Source: Ramazzottius varieornatus
Lineage: Eukaryota; Animalia; Tardigrada
DNA length: 64,000 bases
Direction: 5' to 3'
Assembly: GCA_001949185.1 (NCBI GenBank)
Contig: BDGG01000017.1
Location: forward strand, 124,001 to 188,000
The notes beneath the pieces are model-generated. The model searched no databases. It was given only the letters and a program-made list of their open reading frames with translations, and was not told the origin of the DNA. The position numbers and the translations under genes were made by a program. Shown one piece after another: positions 1 through 12,805 of the stretch (positions within the stretch are counted from its first letter, which is position 1; each line of letters begins with the position of its first letter).

Positions 1-3000
1 TCCTCCATCAACACTATCCGCTACTGAATGGACCCTCGCCGCTGAACAGTCTAGGCCTTCCACCGTCGATAGGGCCGGGTCACAACAACCCGTCGTTTTT
101 GTTCGCAGACAATGAACAGCTGATCAATAACCGGGATGCAGCACTGCCTTCCACTTCGTCTTTGTCCTCTCCAACCCCGCCGACGGCATCTTCCGTGCAA
201 ACATCTAACCGTAAACGGAGACTTTTGGCGTGGCACCATCATAAAGAGAATGGTTCTTCGCCGCCTGACACAACGTCCGCGCGAGGGGAACGAGTATCGG
301 GAACTTGTCTACGGGTAAGCAGTGCGTAATTACAGATATATTCTACGGGCTTGCTAGACGTCACTTAGAAAGCACGTCGCTCGGTAGCCCAAATCGAATT
401 GTCAACGGGTAGAATGACGTCATGCGTGAGTTTGCACGATTCGGTTAATGTCAGGATTCATTCTACGCCAGATCAGATGGTAGTGAGGCTGGGTAGTTAC
501 GGTGGTAGACCACGTGGTAGGTGGTGTTATGATGCCGTTGGTTGATAATGGTGCGATAAGGGATATGGGACGTATGCGGCACAAAATCGTGGCAAAACTG
601 TTTCGATAAGTTCGTTTCCTGGTGAGTTCGCACGCCTCCAGCCAAAAATACCGCGATCGCGCGTCAGTCGAAAAAACAATCTTTGTGTCGGGTTTTCCGA
701 GTTCCGATATGTGCATTTTGAGCAACGTGTATGGTAATGCTGACCTTTGGTTGTAGGTCAATTTGGAGGAGTACGTCGGAGAACGCGTTCTGGTACGTCG
801 GGCGAAGAAAGAAGAATCCAGCAGCTCTCCGTACGTTCCAGGAACCATCCATGCAGTAGACAGCCCGAGCAGTGATATGGAAATCATATTAGAAACTCTC
901 CCCGGTGAGTCCTTGAGGGTACCCAATGTCCTGTCCGAGGAAGCTAGGTGCCAAATTATTAGTGACCGCAGTCCAGCAGTCCATGAAATTCCAATGGGCA
1001 GTCGCGTTTGTGTTCGTCTCGCTCCCAAAGACCGTAGCTTCGTGCAAGGCCGCGTCCTCTCCTGCGACCTGACCAAATGCCCACCTGTCTTCAAGATTGC
1101 CGTGATGGAGAATGCTGGGGATGAAGAGAAAGACGTCGATGTGTCGCGTGTTCACATTCGCCTTCTACGACCGCCCTGGTAATAATTTAACACTGTGTCT
1201 TCGATAGAAAATGAGACTGTCACACACAAATAATTCTCCTCGGCTAGGAAACTCCACAAGGTCATTTTCCCAAGTGGCGTACGCTTCTAGTTCTAGTGGC
1301 TGGTAGCGAGCGCCACTTGGAGGAACCCACTCATCGAGTTTGGTTTGTCAAGTGGCGCACCGCTCTGGTGTTACCAGCTAGAAGCGAGCGCCACTTTGTT
1401 TAGTGATCTTGTTGACTGTGAATCTGTTTTGCCCAGACGTCTCTTTTTTATTCTTTTCTTAGGTACGAAGACACAGCATTTCTGCAACTTCCTCGCCCTG
1501 ACTTTTCGCGACACCCGAGTAGCGCGGAAGTGGTAGACGTCGAGGAAGGTGACTCGTCCGAAGATGAGCTGAAGATGCCGGACTTCGGCGACAACAACAA
1601 CTCCAACACGTCCACACCCGGTCCTTCCCGCTCCGCCAGTAAACTCTTGTACTCGACCCAGCACTCGACCGAGTCGAACCCCGCAAACGTCTTTGGCCTT
1701 CTTAGTCAACAGGACAACAGTGCTTCCAACGCTTCGTCGGAGTGCAATTTGAACAGTACCGTCAACTCTCCATCGCCACGAGGTTACAAAAAGGTACCAA
1801 AAGTCATATGTGATCCTTTCTGAAATATTCGCTTAGAGTAGTGGGGTTCTTGAAGGGCGATGTAATCTCCCTGTCGAACGGTATAAGAAAGAAATTCAAC
1901 GGGAAGCAGTGGCGGAAGTTGTGTACGGAGAAGGGTTGTAGCAAGGAGTCGCAGCGACGCGGCTTCTGCTCGCGACATCTATCCATGCAGAGCAAGTCTT
2001 CCTCGTCGGGTCCCACTCCGGCTGGCTCGCCGTCTCATGGAGCCAATGGCTTTTACTACGGACTAGGTACGAAATCCATATTGTTAGAGCCTGTCTCCCT
2101 TTTTCCTCTTTGGACAGTCTAGCGTCAGCTTGAGATCCCATGAAGTCTCACGCCTGCGTACTCTAGCTTCGGGTAACTTAATGTTCGGTGGTATGTAGGT
2201 GGGTGCGGAGTCTGTTGTGGCTGATGTCCGCCGTTTCATTTGTCACTTTTTCCGTACTTTTTCCGGTATTTTTTCTTTGTTTACTCTAGGTGGGCGGGTA
2301 AAGCATTCCTCAGGTGCCAGTTCAGTTCGCAGCGAGATGGACTGGGACATGGAGAATGCTTCGCGAGGGTCAGAGTCGCTGTCGTGGCAGCCACCGGCCA
2401 ACGCTGTTTTGGAACGACAAGTGTCTGGTGGCAGTATCCAGTCGACCCCCGACTTCAAGCAGTACTTCATGGGCTCTCGAAGCGTCTCGCAGAACGGCCC
2501 GGAACCGGTGGCTGGCACGATGAATCCCGTACAAGCCCAACGAAGCCGCATGTCCTCGCGAGCTGCCAGTCCGGTCGATCCATCTACGTCTCACCAGTCG
2601 CCGGGTAAGAAGACCGTCAATGATGTGTTGTTCAGTTGAAGCGATCGGTTACATTGTGGCTCTGCAGTACCGCCGCGTCTGGGACCAGTGATGGACGTTA
2701 ACCTGCTGGCGCCTCGGCAGTCTGTGCTGGTCAACTCGGTGACTAATGCACCTAGTCCGTTTGTCAGTTCGCAGCTGTTGATCCGACCGATGCAGATGGT
2801 GCCACAGGAAAACACCGCTGGTGCGGGCTTTGGTTTGGTACCTGGCCAGGCACCTCTTCAGCTGCCAGGTACTGCAAAACTATCCTTCAATTGTTTTCTA
2901 AAGAGGCTACTTCATTGCAAAGTGCCTCTGAATGGGAGCTCGGTGAAAAAGTTTGATAAGATCGATTTTCAAAGAGGCGCCCGCTTTCTTCCAATAACGC

Positions 3001-6000
3001 CAAGGACGTGCACTGCTTGGGAAGACGATCTTACGGCCATTTTCTACGAAATTTCAATTATAATTTCTGACTTGTTGGGGCCGTACACGGTTTTGTCAAC
3101 TGTTTTCGTAGAAAAAGGGCAGATATTGATATTATTGCTTCGACTGGTGTTGAAGCACTTCACAAGCTCTGATTTGCTGACCTGGTATTTTTGCAGGCTC
3201 TTGGAATAACAACAACAATGAGGCTCCACACAGCCTTCCGCCCATGTACGGACAGGGTGGAGGACCGCGGCCCGGCGTCAGCATCGAGCCCGATTCGCGG
3301 GGTCGCTTACCGGCTTCGGTGGTCATCTACGCGGCCAGTCGACCCAATCCTCCGCCCGTCCATCCGAGCAGTGGCGGAGTAATGGTCAGTGCGCCGACGG
3401 TGGATGCAGGTCAGCAGGTGGCCAGCAGACCTGGTTCAGGTCCAGACTTGGCACAAAAACCCATTCCAGTCTATTTTTGGCACCAACTGGTGCCGTTCCT
3501 TCCCGGTGGTTACCCTGTCCAGGAACCACACGAAAAGCATGAAGGTAAAACGTTTGATAGAAGTTTGATTTGAATCGGAATAAACAACAACAACACAAAA
3601 CGGCAATCAAACTCGACAAGATCGCTTTTTCAAGTGGCGCACTCTTTCAGCCAGTCACAGTAATGTCGTGCGCCAGTTGAAAACAAAACTTATAGAAATT
3701 TGCTGCTGAAAACACTGGTAATGTGCACCACTTGGAAAGCCAGTCTTGTCGAGTTTGTGTGCCGAGCTTTCGAATACTGAATTTGGCGATGAAGTTCCAA
3801 AATCCAGAGCAAACTCTACAGATTTTACGGATCCGAAAGTAGCTTCTTCAAAAGCTTAACTTGTTTGTTTTGGTATTTTGCAGATGACAACAGGGAAAGG
3901 GACGAAGATGACGGGAACGATGACGGCGATAACAGCCACGGCCACGACAGGGGACTGGTCGTGGACGACGGAAGGAGTAACGGAAGGCCAATGGACGCTG
4001 CTCACAGTCAGCATCACCAAAATAACAACAGCGTCCGGCGAACCATCAACCAAGCCGTCATGAGTTCTTCCCATAGTGTAGCGGCCTCTTCTGTCCTAAT
4101 AGACGAGGTCGACGAGGAGGACGAAGTCTTCGCCACTCCATCGTCACCTGGGGATGTTGTAGCTTCACCGGCTGCGGATCTCATTCAGTCAGGAGGTAAG
4201 AGAAACATTCAAACACCATACAATGTTCTGGAACGAGGAAAGCGAAGAAAGAATGTCCACTAGACACATCTTTTTTCGGAAGAGTTTCCGGTCAAATACG
4301 CATAAGATCGTTATCTTAACTTGCGCATGCTTCCAGTCAGTATTACTATAACTTGCACCACTTTGGGTGGCAATTATGCCGAACTTTCCGAATGGCGCAC
4401 ACTCCTAGCTAACAAACTTGGGAACATGCATCACTCGAGCTAGCAACCTTTTATGTTTCCTTTGCCGGCCTCCGTGGAGTAATATCTTTTGTTTGTTGTT
4501 CTACAGCGCACATTCGTCGACCCATGAACGCGTTCATGATCTTCAGCAAGCGACATCGGCCCTTGGTCCATCAAAAGCATCCCAACCAAGACAACCGGAC
4601 AGTGTCGAAGATCTTGAGCGAGTGGTGGTACTCGTTGGATGCCGACAGTAAGAAGGAGTACCAGAAACTGGCTGCTCAAATCCGTGACGCCCACTTCAAG
4701 GCACATCCCCAGTGGAAGTGGACTAGCAAAGAGAGGAAGAAGTCGATGTCTACTGCCGGTAAGAAGGGCGAAGCCAAAGCTGGAGCTGATGATCGTGAAC
4801 ACGAGCCTCCCAGTGGAAGTGACGTTGCCGAAAAGAACAGAGTCGTCGGTCCAACAATGGTGGAAGACGCGGCTGGTCCTTCATCTTCTATGAAGAATGC
4901 CCCATCAGGTAGCATCTTCGACGGTAACACTGAACAAACTTTCAGAAAAGTTCTTACTATCGATTTCATTTTAAACAATCAAATATTTAAAATATATATT
5001 ATTGATTTATATTCCAAATTGCAACCTTTTTTCAAATCTTAAAAAATTTTCTGAAGATGAGCTGTGTATTTTTGGAAAACTTTTGTGGGACGTGGGCGAA
5101 TGGTTCGAACGGGATCGTTCTCTTAAGCGGCGCACATGTTCAGTCAATAACAATAAAAATGTGCGCCAGTTGTATTCTCGATGTGGCTCAGTTCGTTGCC
5201 CACGTCGCAAGTGTACGAGGTAAACGACATAATTCTGGCATACCGATTTTGCACTATAATTCGGGCAACGCAAAACGTTTGAGCATTATCGTCAATGCTT
5301 GATTCGTCTCTCATCGTACGCCTGTTGATACAACATTAAGCCTTTTAACATTGGACAGATCCACCTCCCTCCCAGGCCAAATTCCTGTCATCCACAACGC
5401 TTTGTCGTTCTCAAACCTATTTAAAACTCGAGAAGAGGGATCAGTCTACCTCAGGAAACAAGAAGCAGTTCATTACGCGCAGCAGAAGCTGAGAAAAAAT
5501 ATGCCCGAATTACGAGTGAAACACCACTATGCCCGAATTATGTCGTTTACCTCGTACCGTAATTGTGGTTCCGATTCCCTTGGCTGATTTATGAAAATTA
5601 TAATATTTCCACAGCGAACGCCGCTCCTGGGAGCCGAGAAGGCACTCCAATGGGTACATCCGACGCCCAGTCGGAAGACAACTCCTCCATCATGAGCACT
5701 TCTACCGGTTACGGACTCGGTAGTCCGGCCAAACGGAAGAAGCTGACTCCGTCGACCTCTGGCCTTTCCAAGTCCACCAAGACCTCGACTCAACCTATTC
5801 ACTGGGCGCCGCCAGATGCCAACAATGCTGGCCTGTCCGAAGGTGTCTGCATCAGCATCCCCGAACTGCCCGTGAGCAGCCAACCACCTCCTGCCCACTT
5901 CGCGCCATCCTCGCAGGGTTTCGCCAGCGCGTCCTGTGAGACGGGGCTGAATCTGCCGAGAACGAGTAAAGAGCCAGCCGGTGCGCCATCGACTTCCGGT

Positions 6001-8097
6001 TTGTCATCACCGACGCCGTCGGTGATTAGAAGCACTTCGGTTCTGAGGTTCTCCCCCGAAGGACGGGGAAACTTCAACAAGCCCGATCAAGGCGACCTTC
6101 CATCACAGTAAGCCCCTTTTTGATGCGTAAACAGTACGAGGAGCTGTTCCTAGCTTTGTCCACTGGCTAGAACTTTGTACAGTACGTCACGAGCGAGTTA
6201 CAGGCTCTTCAGGCTTGTGATGTATGTCTGAAGTGGTGTACAAAGTTTTAGCCAGTCGACAAAGTTAGGACCAGCTTCTCACACGATAGCTGAGAGGAAT
6301 AATCGAAATGGATTCTAGGCAAACGAACTCAGAGTCGTTTTTTTCGAGTGGATTGCGCTTCCAGCCAATAACATCGGGAATTTGCGCCACTTGGGAAAAC
6401 GATCTTGTCTTTTTTTCCCAAGTTGCGCATACTTTCAGCTGTCAACAACAGAAACGTGCGCCACTTGAGAGTTGAAACAAACAACTCAACAAGATCGTTT
6501 CTTCAAGTGACGCACTTTCCAGCTAATAACACCGAAAGCGTGCATCGCTTCGGAAAATTTCTTGTCAAGTTTTTCGAAAGTATTTCGAAATTCATGAAAA
6601 TATCATAAATCTTGAGACAGTAGTAATTTTCACGGTGTGACTTGCAGAATTTCGGTAGTCACAGCCCAGACTTCGTCCAGCTCACTGAGCACCCCGAAAC
6701 AGCCGGGTGAAAGCTCTTCATATTACCAGTTGGCGTCAGGACAGGCCAAGTCAGCCGAGTACTCAGAGTTGGCTGTCGCTTCCCAAAGGGCATCCAGCGG
6801 AGGCACTGTCCGTCTCCTGTCACCGCCCACCGTCGGTCACACCTTCACCCTAGCTCCTACGCCAGCCCAGCTAGGCAAAGCTCCGGGACAGCGTGGACGC
6901 CTCTCTGAGAGCAAGTCCGTCTCGGAAGATAAGGAGGATAAAGGCGAGCCCTTGTCACCCGCTGTCGATCGACCAAGCTCTTCAGGCCAGAAGTTCTTCC
7001 GCAAAACCGGTGACGGACAACGCGAGAAGTGAGTGCGACCTTCCTCTGCAGTAACGATCTGTGCATGTGTGTCATTCCGCTGCCTACATTTCTCGCGTTT
7101 CTCGTGCTATACTTCGGCGAGGTTCGTCACTGAAATATTGTACGCACCTGCGTACTATCTCAGCTGATGTCAAACTGGGTCGAGTATGCACGTAGTTGAT
7201 GCACGTAGCCGACACATGCGTCATTTACCTGCATACGCAGATGAAGGGCGATAAATACGCGAAGTTGTATGCAGGTTATCGATGAGTTAACACCGGTCGC
7301 TGTGATTACAGAGTGTTGTCGCAGATCGACTTCGCTACGCGTTTCAAAGAGCTTCCGCAGTTTGAGCCTGGCCAGGTCGAAGCGGGTCTTTCGCCGCTGG
7401 TGCTGGCCAACACGCCCAGTGCTCACGAGCTGGTAGAAAGCTACCGGAAGAAGCGGTATGGGACGCACCATGAGCGGTCACGAGAAGGCGAGTCACCCAC
7501 CTATGGCTTGCTGTCGCCCAAGAACAAGTACGGCGGAGAACCGGGCAGTGCTAGCACGTCACTGTCCTCTGCTGCTCCTACCAGTGCCTCTCTAGAAGGC
7601 AACATGTTCTTCGGCAACTCGTTTAGCTTGGCCACCATGGCCGATCTCCTCCGAGGCGGTAAGTTCTGTTTCCGGATGAGTATTCAATAAGGTTAAGGTC
7701 ACCGATGAAGTAGCTGTGTCGCCAGATTTGGACAGCAATATTATGGAGTCTCCACGAACTCCACGAACACCCGGTGGAGATGGTCCTTCGTTGAGGAAAG
7801 TGCTCGATCAACGTCGTCAATTGGTCATGCAGCTCTTTGAAGAAGAGAAGACCTTCTTTCCTTCAAGTAAGTCCAGTCGTAACTCTGGTGGACCATAGTT
7901 TACTGATGGTTGTGATTAGACTGATGGTTGTGGTTGCAGCGCAAAAGACGACGGCGTTTCAACAAGCCCACGAAGATTTCTTTCCTTCTAAGTCGGTTCT
8001 TCAGCTGAAGATTCGCGAAGTACGGCAGAAGCTGATGGCGTTGAGCCAGCAAACGTCTGGTGAGAACGCGGCCGCCGCCGTGGATGAACCCACTTAA
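1..8097 (+). CDS. cic: Capicua transcriptional repressor, long isoform (5'-partial, spliced)
   Basis: In-phase GT-AG exons approx <1-314, 757-1178, 1463-1793, 1856-2066, 2290-2604, 2668-2868, 3197-3544, 3884-4195, 4507-4923, 5615-6107, 6648-7028, 7312-7658, 7714-7866, 7940-8097. Motifs: CIC-L N-terminal [18 protein letters not shown]; N1 [26 protein letters not shown]; [13 protein letters not shown]; HMG box [23 protein letters not shown]; [17 protein letters not shown]; C1 domain [25 protein letters not shown]. Confidence 0.96.
3600..3768. repeat. Family A palindromic element (multi-unit) in cic intron
   Basis: cggcaatcaaactcgacaagatcgctttttcaagtggcgcac...gtgcaccacttggaaagccagtcttgtcgagtttgtgtgccgagc; the ends are reverse complements. 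Confidence 0.85.
5216..5554. mobile_element. Tc1/mariner-type MITE, copy 1
   Basis: TA|cgaggtaaacgacataattc ... gaattatgtcgtttacctcg|TA: TIRs plus TA duplication; closely similar second copy at 40858-41194. Confidence 0.9.
6138..6280. repeat. Small foldback/MITE-like inverted repeat in cic intron
   Basis: About 44-bp arms: gaggagctgttcctagctttgtccactggctagaactttgtaca and tgtacaaagttttagccagtcgacaaagttaggaccagcttctc. Confidence 0.75.
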
Positions 8098-8591
8098 ACT
8101 GCCACTTTCAGTTCGCTCTGTGTTTCGTTCGTTTTTCGTTACGCAGTATTTTCTTGACTTGACTCTCGGATGATTTTAACGTTTTGCTTTTGCGCTCATG
8201 GCATTTTGGGTGTATCTGTCTGATGGGGAAGAGACTGGGTGGATTGTTGTTCGGAGTATTTTTTTTTCTGTGGATAGTTTAGCGTGTTGGATACTTTTGT
8301 CAGTATTTGGTTCGGGAGGGAAGGATGGCTGGATCGCGGAGGATCTGAGTCAAAGAAAGAGAGCCCAGTTTAGTTGTGATAATTGCAGGAGAGCTTGTGC
8401 GCGCTATACATGCTTTCTTTACCTCTTCCCCTATGCTTTCATTTCCAGGCAGTTTTCGTCCCAGATGATTTTATTTACCCCTCTCGCTCATAAACAGCTT
8501 CTTTCGCTACACTCGTCTTGTATTACGAAATTATAGCTTTGTGGATATTGTGATATTTTCGACAGTGTCTTTTGGAAGTCTGCTTTGATGT

Positions 8592-8710
8592 CAGCAGCGT
8601 TTAGCCATCGGATTCACTTTCAAAATACCAGTGCTAGCAAAGTTCTTCTTGCTGCTTTTTTTATTATTTCAGTTTTATCGCTTCGGTTCTTTCGCAGTGT
8701 TGAAGTTTCC
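8592..8710 (+). repeat. Dispersed repeat of about 115 bp (partner at 49756-49871)
   Basis: ttagccatcggattcactttcaaaataccagtgctagcaaagttct...gttgaagtttc aligns with ttagccatcggatccacctctaaatacccgtgctagcaaagttct...gttgaagtttc. Confidence 0.75.
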
Positions 8711-10738
8711 ATAAAAGCATACTATAGTCCTCCTCACGACGAGCTGTTTATGTCGCATACGGTTCATTTAAAATTTGAGTTTGCTTGATCAACGGAAATT
8801 AGTCGTGAGTGAGGCAAAAATGCGTTTTTCGAAAGTCTCGGAAACGGGAGCGGAAATGCGCGAGTTTTGCGAGGTAGGTTTGTAGGCAAACTTTGCCTCC
8901 TGACTAAGTTAAAATTCATGGTTTTCTCTCTGGCTAGTCTCTGTCTTCCGATATCCCCGACACTAATAGGTATCAAGAAGCCCGTACGCGAAAAGGTATC
9001 TCGCAACGTGAAGCACTGTGTAGACAGAGATCAGCTGAGAAATGAAAATTTGAAATTGTGAGTCTAGTGTGCAGAGAATAATCCGTTTTCGCTTTCAAGA
9101 TAAGCTTCATGAGGGCTGCTTATCTTGGAAGCGAAACTTCGTAATCCACTTTCAAGATCAACACAATCACCGGAGTTTTACGGCCTGTCGTGAGGAGGAC
9201 TTATGGCGACGTACGTTTTACCACAAAGTCGTACTCGGAAAGCCGACAAACTCACTCGATCGTTTTGCAAGTGGCGCACACAATCAGCTGATATTACTGT
9301 AATACCACCAAAGATTGCGTCACTTGGGAAAACAAACTCAGCAAGATTGTTTCTCCAAGTAACACATGTTTCCAGCCTGCAACATCGATGGCATGCGCCA
9401 CTTGGGAAAACGATCTTGTTGAGTACGTTAACACCCTGATTATCACCGTACTCATTGTGAGTACAAAACGGCACTTTTTCGCTCCCCATAATTTCCATTT
9501 TTCTCGATTTGAATCAACCTTTTTTTTCTTTGCCTGGTCTGCGGTCTTATCACCGAAACGCAGCTGATGACCACTGGTCAGTACAACTTCCGCAGGCTGC
9601 ACAAAATCCTTACGATTTCGGGCAGTTTCGGGGGTATTTTAGGTTTCATGTCTTTGCTTGAGATACATACCTACCATCTGTTTAGAAAAAGAATGAAACG
9701 TCAAGGAGAGCTTTCTCTACCGATACTAGGCTTGGGACAAACTTGGTGTCATCGGTGCGTCCAGAAAAAAAATCAAAACGGCCAGGGCTACTCTTCCCAA
9801 GTTGGCCTTTACGGCCTGTCACTCTAAACAATTTCGAAGTTCTGAAAGTTGTCTATTGGTTAATTTGGGGTACGCCTTCCCTCTTCTTCCAGTCAAAGTT
9901 CTGTGCTCACAGTGAGTACGCTGGTAATCTGCCGACACAAGAAGCTTGGTACCCAGGGTGTTAACTCCTAACTACAAAATTCTCTCTACACTTGTGGGTC
10001 CCCACTCTCTTTTCAGCAGGAGATCCGACGGTTTAAGGACCGTTTTCGGCCTGAGAGGGACGTTTATGGAGCGTGGGCAACTTGCCAGGGGCGAGTTCTT
10101 TACATCGAATTCGCATAGGAATCTCTTGTCGTCCTCGGGCAGATTAGCGTCCTCGGGCAGATTAGCGTCCTCAGGTAGTCCCATGGCAGCTGCTTCGGCC
10201 ATCAGCCGATCTAACTTTTTCTACTGCATCTGTAGAACACGTCAGCGTTGTTCTTGAGCAGATCGGTAAGTGTCTGAAGATCAGAAACGAAACCATCCAG
10301 CGATTCCCTCATCTGTTCGCTAGGGAAAAAATGTGAGTATAATCCTATGTTCACATCGGTAGTAATTATGTATAACTTCTTGAGTGTGATCCTAACTATC
10401 GGGAACATTCAGACGTACTACCGCTCTGACGCAGACGACGAAGGACTACGTCTTAGCATGCACGACAGTGTGGATACTTACAAATAGACTGCTTTGGCAT
10501 GTTTAGACGGCATCTTCTTTCTGTCGAGGTGTCAACTTGGACCACGCTTCTCCAAACGTCATCTTCTCCGACATTTCTTTCGAAGTTCTGAAAATGTAAA
10601 CTTCGTTTGCCTTCAGTGGGAAAAGGTACACGAAACAACAAACTAAGAAAGAGCGCAAATAGCTACACATGCGATTAATGACAAAATCGATGAGAATTTG
10701 CAAAGCGTTTTCTTACACAAAGGAGAAAGAATAGGCGC

Positions 10739-11821
10739 CACTTGTACTTGGAACTTGTACTTGTAATCTTGTAATTATAGTATGAATCTGTAACTTGTGA
10801 AGTTAAGCAAAATTCTGTGAAAAATCTGGGATGCCGGCAGACAAAATGTGCAGGACCCTTGTAGCAAGGGGCGCACGTTGCCAGCCAGCTCGATGAAAAT
10901 ATGCGCCACTGAGATAACGGTCGTACACGCGCTTTTTTCCGGCCTTCCGTTCCAGGAACAACGCCTTGGACGTTTCATACACACTTGTCATGATTCCCTG
11001 ATCGACGATAAACAAAACTCTCAGAAGGGCTGAAATATTATGAGGACTGGAATATTTCAGACATATCTTTCGTAAGATTTCTGTGTAGGACAGCAAGATC
11101 ATTTTCATCAGTGACAGTATAGCGCCGAGCAGCGAGCCTTACTCAGTTGTTATCGAAAACTAACCCGAAAACGTTGTTCAAATTTTGGTAGACAGTCTGG
11201 AAGTTGCTCTCTGAATAGCGCAAGAAACCAATGCATGCCTAGGCAAAAATTTTTTGACGGGAGTGTCATCATCCCGACAGTATGCTCGTTCGCAGTTGCC
11301 GGTTGGCGCCAAAACTGATTGCACCGGAATACCATACTTTCGACGTCAAGTTCAATTCGTATAATAATATTTTATAACCTATTCCATGGACAGTCAAGGA
11401 TTTTCGCCCAGACTGTGGAGAAGATTTTCATGTAGCTTTGTGCTGGCATTTCAGCTTCGAATGCAGAGGATGAACATAGCTCCATCGTCAGAATGGCAGA
11501 CAAGCCGCTGTTTCAATTTCTTCTGTTACTGATGGATGGACTCATGCACGAAACACTGTGAGAGTTGCTCGACTTGTTCCTGAAACGGGACGCCGGAAAA
11601 CAGCGCGTGCACGACCGTTATCTCAGTGGCGCAAATTTTCATCGGTTCTGGCTGGTAACGTGCGGCACTTGACACAATGATCCTGCGCATTTTGTCTACC
11701 GGCATCCCAAATGTTTCATTCATCAGTTTGCCACCCATTTTCACAGAATTTTGCATATCTTTACAAGTCACAAGTAAAAAATACAGATAAAAATTACAAT
11801 TACAAGTTCCAAGTACAAGTG
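10739..11821. mobile_element. Foldback element with about 250-bp terminal inverted repeats
   Basis: Left arm cacttgtacttggaacttgta...ccgttccaggaacaa (about 10739-10990) is the reverse complement of the right arm ttgttcctgaaacgg...tacaagttccaagtacaagtg (about 11545-11821). No clear TSD. Confidence 0.8.
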
Positions 11822-12805
11822 CCAGGCCCAAGGTTTAGAACGAGCCGAGAGAATATTATTCAGGTCAGCTGGAATTTGTGCTTATCGTTTGCTCCTAAGA
11901 TTCAGGGTAGATCCGAGAACAGAGTAAGCACGTGAACAATCTTGACTGGGGAACTGGAGAATTAGGATTCAATTTAGCCTGATTGAGGAATGCTAATTTC
12001 AGGGTCGCGTCCTCGACTCAAGGATCCACCAAAGATTCTACCTGGTTCTACGATCCGCGAAGCACATGAACAATCTTCAGCTGCTGAAAACGATCAAAGA
12101 TCTGTCAGCAGGAAACCTCATTGCCTGTAAGAAACTTTCTGCTTTATTGCTTCTGCGGATTAATAAGGCCATCCATAATCCATCCGGTGTGTTGTCTGGT
12201 CACAGCTTTGAGTCCGCAGAAGGGAATAATTTTGATTGTTGGATATACTTAAATATTCACCATTGCTGCCTTGCCCTGTGATAAAGTGTAGGGTGCCGCC
12301 CGCCATTCCATTCGGTATCCATGTTTACGACAAACGGTCCTGTACAGCGTGTATCTGGCGCAGGCCCAGGGCGACTTGTGCCTTTGGTCACTGAGGCGTG
12401 CGGTTGCAACTAATCAATGGCAATCATCAATCGACCGAGACATCGTTACTGTTTCATGTCCATAAGCAACGCCGCATCTCCCCATCCATTTATTTTGTTT
12501 TACGAGGAATCTATAGGATGTAAATTAGGTGCTGTTTGGGCAGTTCGTCATTTCTGACTCATCCCCACGACGTGCTCCAGTTTTGGATGATACATTGAAG
12601 TAAGGGGGGCATGTTTATATTGGGCACGACTAAATCCATAGCGGTGGCGCATCATTCCAGAGATTATCCATCCTTTCAGATATATCTGTCTACATGTGGC
12701 TTTGATTCTGCTCTCTTCACGTAGCCTCCAGCTCGACACTGTGGCAATATCCTTGTTTCTTTACAGAGTGCTGATTGAGCGGAGCTTCACCACTTTGAGA
12801 GAGCT

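Noticed and set aside
420-1094. 224-aa minus-strand ORF
   Set aside because: Antisense shadow of a cic exon plus intron; no recognisable motif.
5351-5587. ORF duplicated at 40938-41177 suggesting a small gene family
   Set aside because: Both lie inside the same non-coding MITE.
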